From Methanomassiliicoccaceae archaeon (GTDB taxonomy: Archaea > Thermoplasmatota > Thermoplasmata > Methanomassiliicoccales > UBA472), in NCBI GenBank assembly GCA_963806355.1, contig CAWDXN010000004.1:145273-209272 (forward strand): DNA of 64,000 nt, in the 5' to 3' direction. Made by a program: the position numbers and the translations under genes. Under the pieces are notes generated by a model. That model worked only from the letters and a program-made list of their open reading frames with translations, had not been told where the DNA came from and ran no database searches. Below, piece after piece: positions 1-10,131 of the stretch (within the stretch, counting starts at the first letter, position 1; every line of letters starts with the position of its first letter).

Positions 1-463
1 TTCCCCCATGGGAAATTGACCAAGGTAGGCTTCCCACGCGGTTCGGATCCACCTCCGGAGAACGCCTTGGAAAGGCACTCCAGGACGATACCGATCGGGC
101 CACTATCCCTCACATCGTCAAAGGCAACGCCTGTCTTATCGGCGATGCCGCATGCCAGGCCAATCCGATCACCTTCGGGGGACTTTCGAACGCATTCGTT
201 GCCGCCAGATTACTGGCCGATGCCATTAAAGGTGGGGACCTCGATCGCTATCAGCAAAAATGGAGGTCCCATCCTCGTTCTGATCCAGTTTTTTTCCATG
301 CTTTCGAAATCATACGATCGGCGGACAACGCGAGATGGCCCAGATATTGTCCCCCCTTCGGTACGGGGCCAGTGCCAACCTGATCATGCAAGGTCTCATG
401 GCAGATGAGAGGTTCAGGACGATCTATAGGAGCCAGATGCTAAAGGCCGACATCGGTTGGTAA
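1..463 (+). CDS. geranylgeranyl reductase-family FAD oxidoreductase, C-terminal part (5' end outside window; one apparent frameshift near 300-335)
   Basis: Frame 3 reads ...HIVKGNACLIGDAACQANPITFGGLSNAFVAARLLADAIKGGDLDRYQQKW (GDAA...NP-x-x-GG FAD motif of the GGR family). The tail MAQILSPLRYGASANLIMQGLMADERF...DIGW continues in frame 2 to TAA 461-463. Confidence 0.6.
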
Positions 464-518
464 CTCATGGAACACGGAATTTATTTATCTATCCGGAACT
501 TCAATTGACGTTAGAGGC

Positions 519-800
519 GTGGCAATGGCAAAAAAGAAGAGCTTTAACGCGAAAGAGGCAAGGGAGATAGGGAACGATCTGGGCATCACATGGAATGATT
601 TTGACGTGGAGCAGTTCCGCATGGGATTGGACGTAGAGCTGGAGCATGGCACGAGGAGCCCGGCCACGAACGTTACGGATGACGACCCCATCTTGACCGG
701 CAAGATCGCCCTGGCCCATTTGAACGAGTTCCCCGATTATTACACAAGGCTGGCAGTATTGGAGAAAGAGGCCGATCAGGCTTTGAAGCAGAAAGGGTAG
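519..800 (+). CDS. conserved hypothetical protein (DUF5661-like, assigned from memory)
   Basis: Intact 93-aa ORF. FRMGLDVELEHG...DDDPILTGKIALAHLNEFPDYYTRL matches the E-x-EHG / AHL-x-E-x-PDYY pattern I recall for that family. Confidence 0.55.
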   Translation: MAMAKKKSFNAKEAREIGNDLGITWNDFDVEQFRMGLDVELEHGTRSPATNVTDDDPILTGKIALAHLNEFPDYYTRLAVLEKEADQALKQKG

Positions 801-830
801 AGTAAAAAAGGGAACGTACTTGAAATGGAC

Positions 831-1596
831 CTATGGAACATTCTTGATGTTCCCTAGGTCATCGTACAAAAAGCCGGAGAAGGTGAGGTCCCGTCCCGCC
901 TTCGCCTTGATCTCCTTGACCAGGCTGGAATAGATGGCGGATGCCATATCTCGGGAGTACTTGCTCTCCGGATAGAACAAGGCCAGAGACCCGATCTCCT
1001 TTGCGACCTCGACATAATCGTCGAGCATGGAGATGTTGCCGGCGGTGGAGCTCGATTCGATGAACTCGATCCTGATCAATGCCCCGTTGCTGCTCACATT
1101 CAGAACGGCCCTTAGCCCAGAATCGTCCACTATCTGGCTGATCTCCAAGTCCGGGCGGTTCTTCTTCATCGCATCCATCCGCCTTTTCGCCACCATCTCC
1201 AGGATCGCCTTCGTCTCTTGTCTCATCGTCGCTCTATGGTCCTTCGAGGGCAATATCCTTTGTGCGAATTCGATCGTTTTATCGGTGCGGAACGCATCTG
1301 TCATCATCGGTGTCGATTTGGGAGGCGGTCGGGATATCGTCTTCATATCCAGGTCCCATTTTGGAGCGTGGGCAGGCGAAGGCATCGTGCCAGGATTGGA
1401 GGCATTGGATCGGAAGGTGGAAGGGGTCGATCTTTGCGGTCGGTCCTGGCAGGAAGAGCCCAAGGACCTTTATGATCTCATTCTCAACACCTTCAAACCC
1501 ATCTTCTGTGAAGGGAGGAAAGGTGACGGATCGCTCACCCTCGGACATGTTCCTTGACAAGGTGAATTGGTTCATCCTCACGAAGGACGGGTCCAT
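831..1596 (-). CDS. hypothetical protein, apparently split between ORFs 1279..1596 and 831..1463
   Basis: Only non-shadow-looking reading on this strand. The C-terminal part (KTIEFAQRILPSKDH...LVKEIKAKAGRDLTFSGFLYDDLGNIKNVP) has ordinary composition. No family recognised, and the start is uncertain (may extend toward 1740 with further frame changes). Confidence 0.35.
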
Positions 1597-2078
1597 CCAC
1601 CGTTGGGAAAGCCAGAGAGGATCGTAAGCCTATCTGGATTGAGAGACAATGTATCGATGGCGCGCCTACTGATCATCGCCTCCACCCATGCTACCAAGGC
1701 TCTCTTGGGTGGCAGCATAAGGCGGCTTTATCTCTTTCATTCTCAGAGGAACGTCCAAAGCGGGGGTTCGCCCTTGTTTCTCCGTGATATCGTCCCCCTA
1801 CTTCAGTTCTCCATTTGAGCGCTTGAACGAGGAGGCCCAGTCAAGAATAGAGCTAGCGATCCTACCCGATCCCGCCCAACCGTCGCGATATCGCCAATAT
1901 TATGCTGATGATGAGAGGGACGATACCACTTTCAGTGAACTGAGGATAAACTACCTGAGAAGGGTGCACTTATCACTAGGGTGCGAACAACATGCAATCT
2001 GGTAGCACTGGACAGGCGTCCAGATGGTTGAAAGATAACGCTTATTACGAGGCAATCAGGTGAGGGTGCGTCCTATCC

Positions 2079-3056
2079 ATGAACAGCGAGACCGTGATCG
2101 AGTGCAAGGACCTGGTGCGCATCTACCGCTCATCGGACCGGTTCCTCAAGAAGAAGAGGGAGACGTTGGCAGTGAACAACATATCCTTCGAAGTAAGGCG
2201 CGGCGAACTGTTCGGCATGCTCGGCCCAAACGGGGCTGGCAAGACCACCACCATCAAGATGATGACCACCCTGCTCCTGCCCACCTCTGGTCAGATAAAG
2301 GTCTTAGGGCACGATGTGGCCAAGGACCCATTCGAGGTGCGCAAGCGCATCGGGCTGGTCTTGGGAGGGGAGAGGGGGCTTTACACCCGCGTCACCGCCA
2401 GGCAGAACCTGCGCTACTTCGCCGACCTGTACGCGGTGCCGATGAACATCAGGGAGAAGCGGATCAACGACCTGTTGGAAAGGGTCGACCTCAAGGAGAG
2501 GGCGGACACCCGGGTGGAGGATTACTCCCGAGGAATGAAGCAACGTCTGCATCTGGCCAAAGGTCTGATCAACGACCCGGAGGTGATCTTCCTGGACGAG
2601 CCCACCATCGGGCTGGACCCCCAGGCCGCCTTGGATGCGCGCCGGATGATCAAGGAGCTGGTACAGGAGGGGAAGACCCTCTTGCTCACCACCCACTACA
2701 TGTACGAGGCTGACGAGCTATGCGACCGCATCGCCGTCATCAACAAGGGCAAGATCGTGGCCCTGGACACGCCGAAGGGCCTCAAGTCCCTGGTCAAGGA
2801 CCTGTGCATCATCGAGGTGGAGGGTTTCGGCATCACGGACAAGGACACGGAGATGCTTCGTTCTCTACCTGGCGTGAAGGCGGTGTCCGCCACCATGAAC
2901 GAGGACAAGCAGGTCCTTCGGGTGCAGGTGGTGGAGGCCTCGGAGATGCTGACCCCGGTGGCCAACAAATTGGGCGAGAGCAAGGTCATAGGGGTCAGGG
3001 TGAAGGAGCCGACCCTCGAGGACGCCTATCTCTGGCTGGTGAAGGAAGATGCCTAG
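2079..3056 (+). CDS. ABC transporter ATP-binding protein (ABC-2/DrrA-like exporter)
   Basis: Intact 325 aa. Walker A GPNGAGKTT, signature YSRGMKQRL, Walker B VIFLDEPT. Overlaps the downstream permease start by 8 nt. Confidence 0.93.
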   Translation: MNSETVIECKDLVRIYRSSDRFLKKKRETLAVNNISFEVRRGELFGMLGPNGAGKTTTIKMMTTLLLPTSGQIKVLGHDVAKDPFEVRKRIGLVLGGERGLYTRVTARQNLRYFADLYAVPMNIREKRINDLLERVDLKERADTRVEDYSRGMKQRLHLAKGLINDPEVIFLDEPTIGLDPQAALDARRMIKELVQEGKTLLLTTHYMYEADELCDRIAVINKGKIVALDTPKGLKSLVKDLCIIEVEGFGITDKDTEMLRSLPGVKAVSATMNEDKQVLRVQVVEASEMLTPVANKLGESKVIGVRVKEPTLEDAYLWLVKEDA

Positions 3057-3845
3057 GGTACGCGCGGTCACCGCCTCGTTCCGTCATCAATTCCTGCATT
3101 TCCTCGCGGACCCGCAGTGGTTGATACCCAATGTCATCCTGCCCTTCGTCATCACCATGGTGGCGCTCATCATGTTCGAGAGCGTCCAGGAGGGGGAGGG
3201 CAACTTCGTCCTCTACGCGGTGCTGGGGGGCGGCATGATGAGCATGTGGGGCAACACCCTGTACTCATCTGGCTGGAGCATCGCGTTCGATCGATGGAAC
3301 GGCACCTTGGAAGAGGTTCTGGCCACGCCCTCCGGTCTGGTCTGGATCATCATGGGTCGGTCTTTATGGAACGCCCTGATCGGCATTCTGAACGGGGTGC
3401 TCATACTCGTGATCGCCGTGGTATTCTTCGAGGTCGATCTGGAGCTGGCCTATCCGATCTTGTTCTTCTTCGCCTTCTTCATGACCTTGCTCTCACTGTC
3501 GGCCCTGGGCATGCTGTTCAGCTCGGCCTTCGTGCTCACGCGCCAGGCAGGGGTGCTCACCAATGGCCTGGAGTATCCCGATCTACATAGGCACGGGATG
3601 CATGTTCCCCATCGCCCTGCTGCCCTTCTGGACCAATCCGCTCTCTCTTTCCCTAGGCCCGACCTGGGGCATCGACGCCATAAGATACGGGGCGCTCGAG
3701 GGCTATGAGGGCTTCGGCATCGGTTATCTGGGGCGACATCGGGATAATGTTCATGATCTCCATTGCTTACCTGGCCGCGGCCTTCTATCTTTTCGGGGTG
3801 GTGGAGCGCAGGGCCAGGGAGGACGCGAATTTCGCGAGGCACTGA
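3049..3845 (+). CDS. ABC-2 type transporter permease (two apparent frameshifts near 3570 and 3735)
   Basis: Hydrophobic multi-TM reading passes from ORF 3049..3708 to ORF 3563..3886, then to frame 3 ending ...AYLAAAFYLFGVVERRAREDANFARH with TGA 3843-3845. Confidence 0.7.
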
Positions 3846-3846
3846 C

Positions 3847-4653
3847 ATGTTCACCTACATCATGCAAGGCACCAGGGTCTTCGTGAGCAGCGCCGTCCTG
3901 GCGAAGAGGGCTCTGTTCTCCTGGCTCAACCCCGCGCTGTGGGCCATGCAGCTGTTCTTCATGTCGCTCTTCCAGATGGCCTTCTTCGTCTACATCGTCA
4001 AGTTCGCTGGAGGGGAGGAGATCGGGATCGCCTTCGTGGCGGTCGGTAACGCCATCGCCTCCGTGGCCTATGTGGCGATATTCTCGGTCTGCAACATCAC
4101 CGGAGAGGAGAAACAAGGAGGGACGCTGACCCCGTTATTGGCCACCCCGGCCAATCGCATGGCCATGTTCGTGGGCAGGGCGATGTTCCAGGTGTTCAAC
4201 GGCATCGCCACGGTCTTCATCGCCCTGTTCTATGCCTGGGCGGTGTTCGGCGTCGATTTCAGCATGACCAACTGGCCTGCCTTGATCGTGGTGGTGGTCC
4301 TCACCTCGTTGACGACCGTGGGTTTCGGCCTGATGCTCAGCTCGTTCGGGCTCTACCTCAGGACGTCCATGGTCATCGCCAACATCTTCCTGTTCATAGG
4401 GCTGCTGTTCAGCGGCGTCAACTTCCCGGTGACATACCTGCCAGATTACCTTCAGCCATTGGCCTACATCTTCCCGTTGACCTATGGCACGGAAGCGGCA
4501 AGGGAGGCGGTGTCGGGAACGGGCCTGATGGGCATGGCGGACCTCCTCATCGCCCAGATTATCGTGGGCACCATCGCCCTGCTCATCGGTTATCTGATCT
4601 TCAAGCTCTTCGAGGACCTGTCCCGCCGCCTCGGGACCATGGACAAGTTCTGA
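3847..4653 (+). CDS. ABC-2 type transporter permease (second permease)
   Basis: ATG 3847 lies 1 nt after the upstream stop, inside ORF 3763..4653. About 268 aa (MFTYIMQGTRVF...) with several TM segments. Intact. Confidence 0.8.
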   Translation: MFTYIMQGTRVFVSSAVLAKRALFSWLNPALWAMQLFFMSLFQMAFFVYIVKFAGGEEIGIAFVAVGNAIASVAYVAIFSVCNITGEEKQGGTLTPLLATPANRMAMFVGRAMFQVFNGIATVFIALFYAWAVFGVDFSMTNWPALIVVVVLTSLTTVGFGLMLSSFGLYLRTSMVIANIFLFIGLLFSGVNFPVTYLPDYLQPLAYIFPLTYGTEAAREAVSGTGLMGMADLLIAQIIVGTIALLIGYLIFKLFEDLSRRLGTMDKF

Positions 4654-4680
4654 TCCTTGTCCATTAAGGGACGGGGCGTC

Positions 4681-5218
4681 TCACTTCAATCCGAAATTGT
4701 TCCTGAACAGGTTGAGACTGTAGTTCAAGGCCTCGATCGCTTTGTCCTTGCCCTCCCATCCTAAGACCTCGGTCATCTTCCCCTCCTCCAATCTTTTGTA
4801 GGTTCGGAAGAACTCCGCTATCTCGTCCAGATAGTGCTGGGGGACATCCTCCAAGGAGTCTATCTCCTTGTTTCGAGGGTCTCCGATGGCGACGCAGAGG
4901 AGCTTGTCGTCCACACCTTTCTCGTCCCTCATGCGCAGGACCCCGATGGGCTTGGCCTCCACGACGCAACCGGGGAAGGTAGGCTCGCTGAGCATGACCA
5001 TCGCGTCCACGGGGTCTCCGTCGTCGTAGTAGGTACGGGGCACCAGGCCATAGGCGACAGGGAACACGACGCTGGAGTGCAGGACCCGGTCCAAGATAGA
5101 TGAAGTCGAACTCCTTGGAGACCTCGTACTTGTTCTTGCTGTCCTTTGGCGTCTCGACGATGACGTTGATGATCTCCGGCGGATTACGGCCAGAGGGGAC
5201 CTTCTTCCATAATGACAT
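4681..5218 (-). CDS. ppa: inorganic pyrophosphatase, family I (one apparent frameshift near 5090)
   Basis: MSLWKKVPSGRNPPEIINVIVETPKDSKNKYEVSKEFDFI (ORF 4664..5218) continues as ...DRVLHSSVVFPVAYGLVPRTYYDDGDPVDAMV...KLLCVAIGDPR (ORF 4681..5094). Classic PPase motifs. Confidence 0.85.
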
Positions 5219-5368
5219 TCAGATCAACCCTGATGCCTGTCATTTCCCTTCCATACTTATCTCTTTTGTCATAACCGACCTATCGAAGAATCTGGTCAGA
5301 ATTATAGATTCCAATAATAATCAATTCCCATGTCGTTCATCGGATTCGTCTCGACTAAATGAATAATA

Positions 5369-6742
5369 ATGGAAAGACCATTAGGGTCAAGAATTGCCAT
5401 GGCGATCAGTGAAGCGGACATCGGGATAATCATCCTGGACCTGGCGGTCATCTTCACCATGGCAAAGGTCGCTGGTCTTCTCTGCGAATGGGCCACCGCG
5501 GCGATGAAGAACAAGATCGTGATACCAGGCGTGATCGGTGAGATCCTGGTCGGTGTGATCCTGGGCAACACCCTCCTTTATGGGGCCTTGAACCTGGATT
5601 CCGAGTCGACGGCCCAGTTCTTCGAGGTCTTCGCCCAGCTGGGGGTGATCTTCCTGCTCTTCGCGGTCGGGCTGGAGACGCCATACAGCGAGCTCAGCAA
5701 AGTGGGCAAGAAGGCCTTCCTGGTGGCGTTGCTGGGGGTCGTCATACCCTTCTTCGGTGGGTACCTCCTGTTCATCGGCCTCAACTATGGCAGCAGCGAG
5801 GCCATGTTCGTGGGGGCGGCGATGGTGGCCACCTCGGTGGGCATAACCGCCAGGGTGATCAAGGACCTGCATCTGATGAACTCCGTGGAGGCGAGGATCA
5901 TCATCGGGGCGGCGGTGATCGACGATGTCATGGGGCTGATCGTCCTCTCCATCGTCATCGCGCATGTCGGAGGGGGACTCCGACCAACTACGCTGACACA
6001 GTGCTCACCATCATGATCGCCATCCTGTTCGTGGTGATGATGATGCTCCTTGGCAGCTACATAAGCAAGACCAAGAAGAACGGGCAAGCCTTCCCAGTGG
6101 TCGGAAAGGTGAACCACCATCTCAACCAGAGGAAACGAAGAAAGCCTGTCAATGAGGACGGGACCGTTTGCAGCCCGAACACACCAGAGGGTCGTGCGAG
6201 GACGCATACCGGCCTTTACCTGGCCCTGATACTGTGCCTTTTCCTATCAGCCATATCCACATTCCTAGGACTGGCAGCCATCGTCGGGGCTTTCCTGGCG
6301 GGCATGCTCTTCGCTGAGTTCCAGGACCGCTGGTTCTGCAAGGAGAAGATCGAGACCATCAACGAGTTCATCGTGCCCTTCTTCTTCGTCTTTGTCGGGG
6401 TGCAAGGTCGACATCGACTCCTTCAGCGCAGTGATCGGCATCGCATTGATCCTGACCATCGTCGCGGTCGCCACCAAGTTCGTTGGTTGCGGCGTCGGGG
6501 CATTAAGTATGGGCAGAACCTCGGCGGGGATCGTCGGCTCTGGAATGTTCCCCCGAGGGGAGGTGGCGATGATCGTTGCCACCATCGGTCTCGCGGCGGG
6601 CATCGTGGAGGACTCGGTCTTTGGTATGGTCGTGTTCATGGCGATAGCCACCACATTGATCGCCCCGCCGTTGCTGACCTATTTCTTCAATAAAAAATAT
6701 GGAAAGATACGTGATAACAATCTCAAAACTAGCGAGGAATGA
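5369..6742 (+). CDS. cation:proton antiporter (CPA2, Kef/NapA-type); two apparent frameshifts (about 5980 and 6400)
   Basis: Multi-TM reading across ORFs 5369..6016, 6001..6693 and 6392..6742. Contains VIGEILVGVILG, FLLFAVGLE, GAFLAGMLFAE and PRGEVAMIVA, typical of Na+/H+ exchanger family proteins. Confidence 0.75.
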
Positions 6743-6754
6743 CCGAAAGATGTT

Positions 6755-6922
6755 TCAGGTCGGCCATAGCCAGTTACAGGCGATGACAATGGCGCTGACC
6801 CCTACCGCCAGACCTACGATGTAGTAGGGATGGATCTTGATGGACTTCTCGTCCTCGCTGTCGAAGTAGCGTATGAGACCGGCAGAAGATTGGAAACCGC
6901 TCTTGTCCTTGTCCTTTGCCAT
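6755..6922 (-). CDS. protein translocase Sec61 beta subunit (archaeal)
   Basis: 55-aa ORF below the track cutoff: MAKDKDKSGFQSSAGLIRYFDSEDEKSIKIHPYYIVGLAVGVSAIVIACNWLWPT. SAGL-x-RYF plus a single C-terminal TM is the Sec61-beta signature. Confidence 0.7.
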   Translation of the reverse strand: MAKDKDKSGFQSSAGLIRYFDSEDEKSIKIHPYYIVGLAVGVSAIVIACNWLWPT

Positions 6923-7013
6923 TGTAATCGATTCTGCTTACTGGAAAATCAGTATATAATCTTTCGTCCGACTGAATCCGATCGAGGCCGGTCGGGGATG
7001 GCTCGCACAATGC

Positions 7014-7021
7014 TTATATTT
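7014..7021 (+). promoter_or_regulatory. TATA-like box (TTATATTT) upstream of lysK
   Basis: AT-rich octamer about 30 nt upstream of ATG 7050, consistent with a short-leader archaeal promoter. Confidence 0.35.
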
Positions 7022-7049
7022 AGCCGGGCATTCGGTCCGCTTGATAGCC

Positions 7050-8603
7050 ATGCAATGGGCAGACGTGATCGCTAGGGACCTCCTGAAGCGGGGAAGCAAG
7101 CACCTCATCAACACGGGCATCAGTCCCTCCGGTTTCATACACGTCGGTTCCTTGAGGGAGGCGATCACCGCCAACGCGGTCTACAAGGCAGCGGCCGACC
7201 AGGGGGCCGATGTCCGACTGATCTACCTGGTGGACGATTACGACCCTCTGCGCAAGCGCTACCCCTTCCTTCCCGAGTGCTACGACAAGGAGATCGGCAA
7301 GCCCCTTTGCCAGATACCCTGTCCAGGGGACGGATGCCACGAATCCTATGGGCATCACTTCATCCAGCCGTTCCTCGACGCCATCGCGGAGATGGGCATC
7401 CGACCCGATGTCTACTACACCCACGAGCTGTACGAGCAGGGCAAGTTCGCCGAGCTCACGGACCTGGTGATCCGGGAGAAGGAGAAGGTGGCGCCAGATC
7501 CTAAAGGAGGTCACCGGCAGGGCCGTGCCTGAAGGCTACTATCCGGTCAGCCCTCAATGCGCCAGTTGCCGCCGTTTCACCGATAAGGTAACTGGCTATG
7601 AGTACCCCTTCGTCCACTACCAGTGCGGATGCGGTCATGAGGGCAAGGCGGACATACGCATCGGGGAGGCCAAGCTGCCCTGGCGCATCGAGTGGGCCGC
7701 CAAGTGGAAGATCTTGGGGGTCACGTGCGAACCGTTCGGCAAGGACCACGCCGCCGCTGGAGGTTCCTATGAGACCGGGGAGCGCTTCGCCCGGGACCTT
7801 TTCGGCATCGAGCCTCCTTTCCCAGTACCTTACGAGTTCATCCAGTTCAAAGGCAAAGGCCAGATGCACAAGTCGACCGGAGTGGTGGTCACCGGGACCG
7901 ATGCTCTGCAGATCACCCCCGCCCCGGTGCTGAACTTCAGCGTGCTTCGTTACAACCCGGACAGGCACATCGATTACGACCCAGGACTTGGGCATACTGG
8001 ACATCGTGGACGAATATGACCGGGTGGAAGCTCTTTACTTTACTGGAGGAGCGGAGGACAAGGACAAGGACCTGCTCCGCGCCTACGAGATCGCCCAGGC
8101 CAAGTGCGTGAGGGACAAGCTGCCTTTGCAGGTGCCCTACAGACATCTGGTCTCCATGGTTCAGATCACGGAGGACTTCGATGGCGTCATGGAGATCCTG
8201 ATGAGGACCGAGGGCATCGTGGAGATAGCCCCCGCGGATCGTGGAGGTCCTATTGCAACGGGTCAATTGCGTTAAGCATTGGTTGCTGAACTTCGCCCCG
8301 GATGAGGTCAAGTTCTCCCTGGCCAAGCAGTTGCCACCGGTGAAGCTCACCGCTCAGGAGGTAGGTTTCCTGAGCGCGTTGTCGGATAGGCTGACAACGA
8401 CCGAATGGCTTGGCGACAACATCCACAACTCCGTCTACGATTGCGCCAAGGACTCCGGCATCCCCGCCAAGTCTGGTTTCCAGGTCTTGTACCAGATATT
8501 CATCGACAAGAAGCAGGGCCCTCGCCTGGGCTATTTCCTCTCCACCTTGGACAAGGCTTTCGTGCTGCAACGGATCGCCGAGGCGGTCCGCTCCAACGCC
8601 TGA
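7050..8603 (+). CDS. lysK: lysyl-tRNA synthetase, class I (three apparent frameshifts near 7495, 7985, 8245)
   Basis: Reading runs through ORFs 7041..7532, 7525..8019, 7988..8275 and 8241..8603. Contains SPSGFIHVGSLREA (HIGH-like), CPGDGCH zinc region, WRIEWAAKW, GKDHAAAGGSY and GQMHKSTG (KMSKS-like). ATG at 7050 (a TTG at 7041 is also possible). Confidence 0.85.
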
Positions 8604-8607
8604 GCCA

Positions 8608-8976
8608 TCAGCCTCTTTTCGGCCTCATGGTGAACAGCAACGCGGAGATGGCCAACCAGACCAGCACGATCACGAACAGCCAGATGCCGTTGCCTGGGTA
8701 ATAGTGGTTCACGAGCAGGACCAACCCGATCAAGGCCAACAGGCTCCCCCAGAACATGAGGAACGAGCCGCTGGCATACTTGAACCGGTCAGCCGTGGTC
8801 GAATGGTCAGATAGCCCCACCAGCATGATGTATGCGCCCACGCCCACCATCAGGATGGGCAGGAATAGGAACCAATCATCCTCGAACCAACTGGCCATGG
8901 TGGCCACGGCTACCGTTAAAAGAACCACGGCGGCCGAGACGCTGGCCAGACCGACCCTCCCCGGTCCGTTCTGCAT
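8608..8976 (-). CDS. hypothetical integral membrane protein
   Basis: Intact 122-aa ORF with four hydrophobic segments. No family recognised. Confidence 0.5.
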   Translation of the reverse strand: MQNGPGRVGLASVSAAVVLLTVAVATMASWFEDDWFLFLPILMVGVGAYIMLVGLSDHSTTADRFKYASGSFLMFWGSLLALIGLVLLVNHYYPGNGIWLFVIVLVWLAISALLFTMRPKRG

Positions 8977-9021
8977 TGGATATCACATATCGATTGGAGG
9001 CTGGGATTTTAAAACTAACCC

Positions 9022-10131
9022 TCAGCGGTGGGTCACTCCCATGTTGGTCAGCTTGTCCGGCAGGTACTTGTCCGTGACATAGTCCAGGCCGTACTTGGCC
9101 AGCGCCTGCTGTTCAGCCTTCTTGTTGAGCTTCAGCATGGTCTCGATCTCCCCGCGCCAGAAATCGTCGTTGAAACGGGGGTCCTTCAGCTCGGCGTTCA
9201 GCGCCCTGACGTCCATGTCGGTCAGCTTGTCGGTCGGAAGGTCGTAGTTCGTGATGTCCGAGGCGGTGATGCCGATGTACTCCGCGGTCGGCGTGGCCAG
9301 ATACTCGGATATGTGCGCGGTCTTGATGGCGCCGTAGGCCACGGAGGCGAAGATGCGGAAGGACCAGGGATCGCCATCGGTGAACACGATCACGGGCAGC
9401 TTCAGCTCTTCGTTGACGCCGCTTGATGAAGCGCCGGGTGCTCCGGGCCGGCTGTCCCTTGAGGTGCACCAGCACGGCATCGAAGTCCTCGTCGAACCCG
9501 TTCTCCACCAGACGGTCGAACATACCGCCGGTCTCGATGGCGATGAGGAACTTGGCATCCGTGCTCACCAGGTCGAGCTTGTCCTTCTCCACGTTGTAAG
9601 GTATGCCGTAGCCGGAGTCGCCGACGTCGTCCCGGCAGTTGATGCGTCTTCTTCTTGCCCTTGCGGTCCGTCTCCACGATGGTGATGTCGCCCATGACCC
9701 TGGCGCCATCCTCCTCGGGGCGCAGCTTGAAGTCCTCGCGCATGCAGTCGGTGACGATCTCCAGGTCCTCGGCCAGGAAGTTGCGATCTCGTCCTGGGAG
9801 TGGAACTTCGCCTTCTCCCAGCCCTCGGAGATGTAGTACATCTCCCTGAGGGTGGAGGACTTCTTCTTCTCGATCATGTCCTCGATGAGCTCCAGCACAT
9901 ACATGGTGCGCAGCAGCATCATCGCCCCGTTGGTCTTCTTGGCGGTCCTGGCTCCGGTGGCCTTGCCGTACTTCCAGACCCCGTGCTTGGGGTCGAACCG
10001 GATGTTGCTCTTGGTGCGCAGCGGAAGCACCATCTTCGGGATCTTGCCCGAGTCGATCTGGTCATAGATGGACTCGGCGATGTCGTACAGCTCCTTTATC
10101 GCCTTCCTCTGACCGTCTCCTGCTCAGTCAT
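9022..10131 (-). CDS. top6A: DNA topoisomerase VI subunit A (Spo11-like); about four apparent frameshifts
   Basis: [15 protein letters not shown]...[13 protein letters not shown], then [13 protein letters not shown] (Toprim), [16 protein letters not shown]...YGAIK and KAEQQAL. Reading switches among ORFs 9113..10033, 9402..9743 and 9022..9558. ATG 10131 overlaps the top6B stop. Confidence 0.85.

Noticed and set aside
1784-2005. 73-aa ORF and possible structured RNA in the 1600-2078 spacer
   Set aside because: No convincing protein features, stem-loop or tRNA-like structure were found by eye. The minus strand may instead hold the frameshifted 5' part of the hypothetical gene at 831..1596.
2060-2713. 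217-aa ORF overlapping the ABC ATPase gene in another frame
   Set aside because: It is Arg/Gly/Pro/His-rich with no motifs, whereas the overlapping frame carries Walker A, Walker B and signature motifs.
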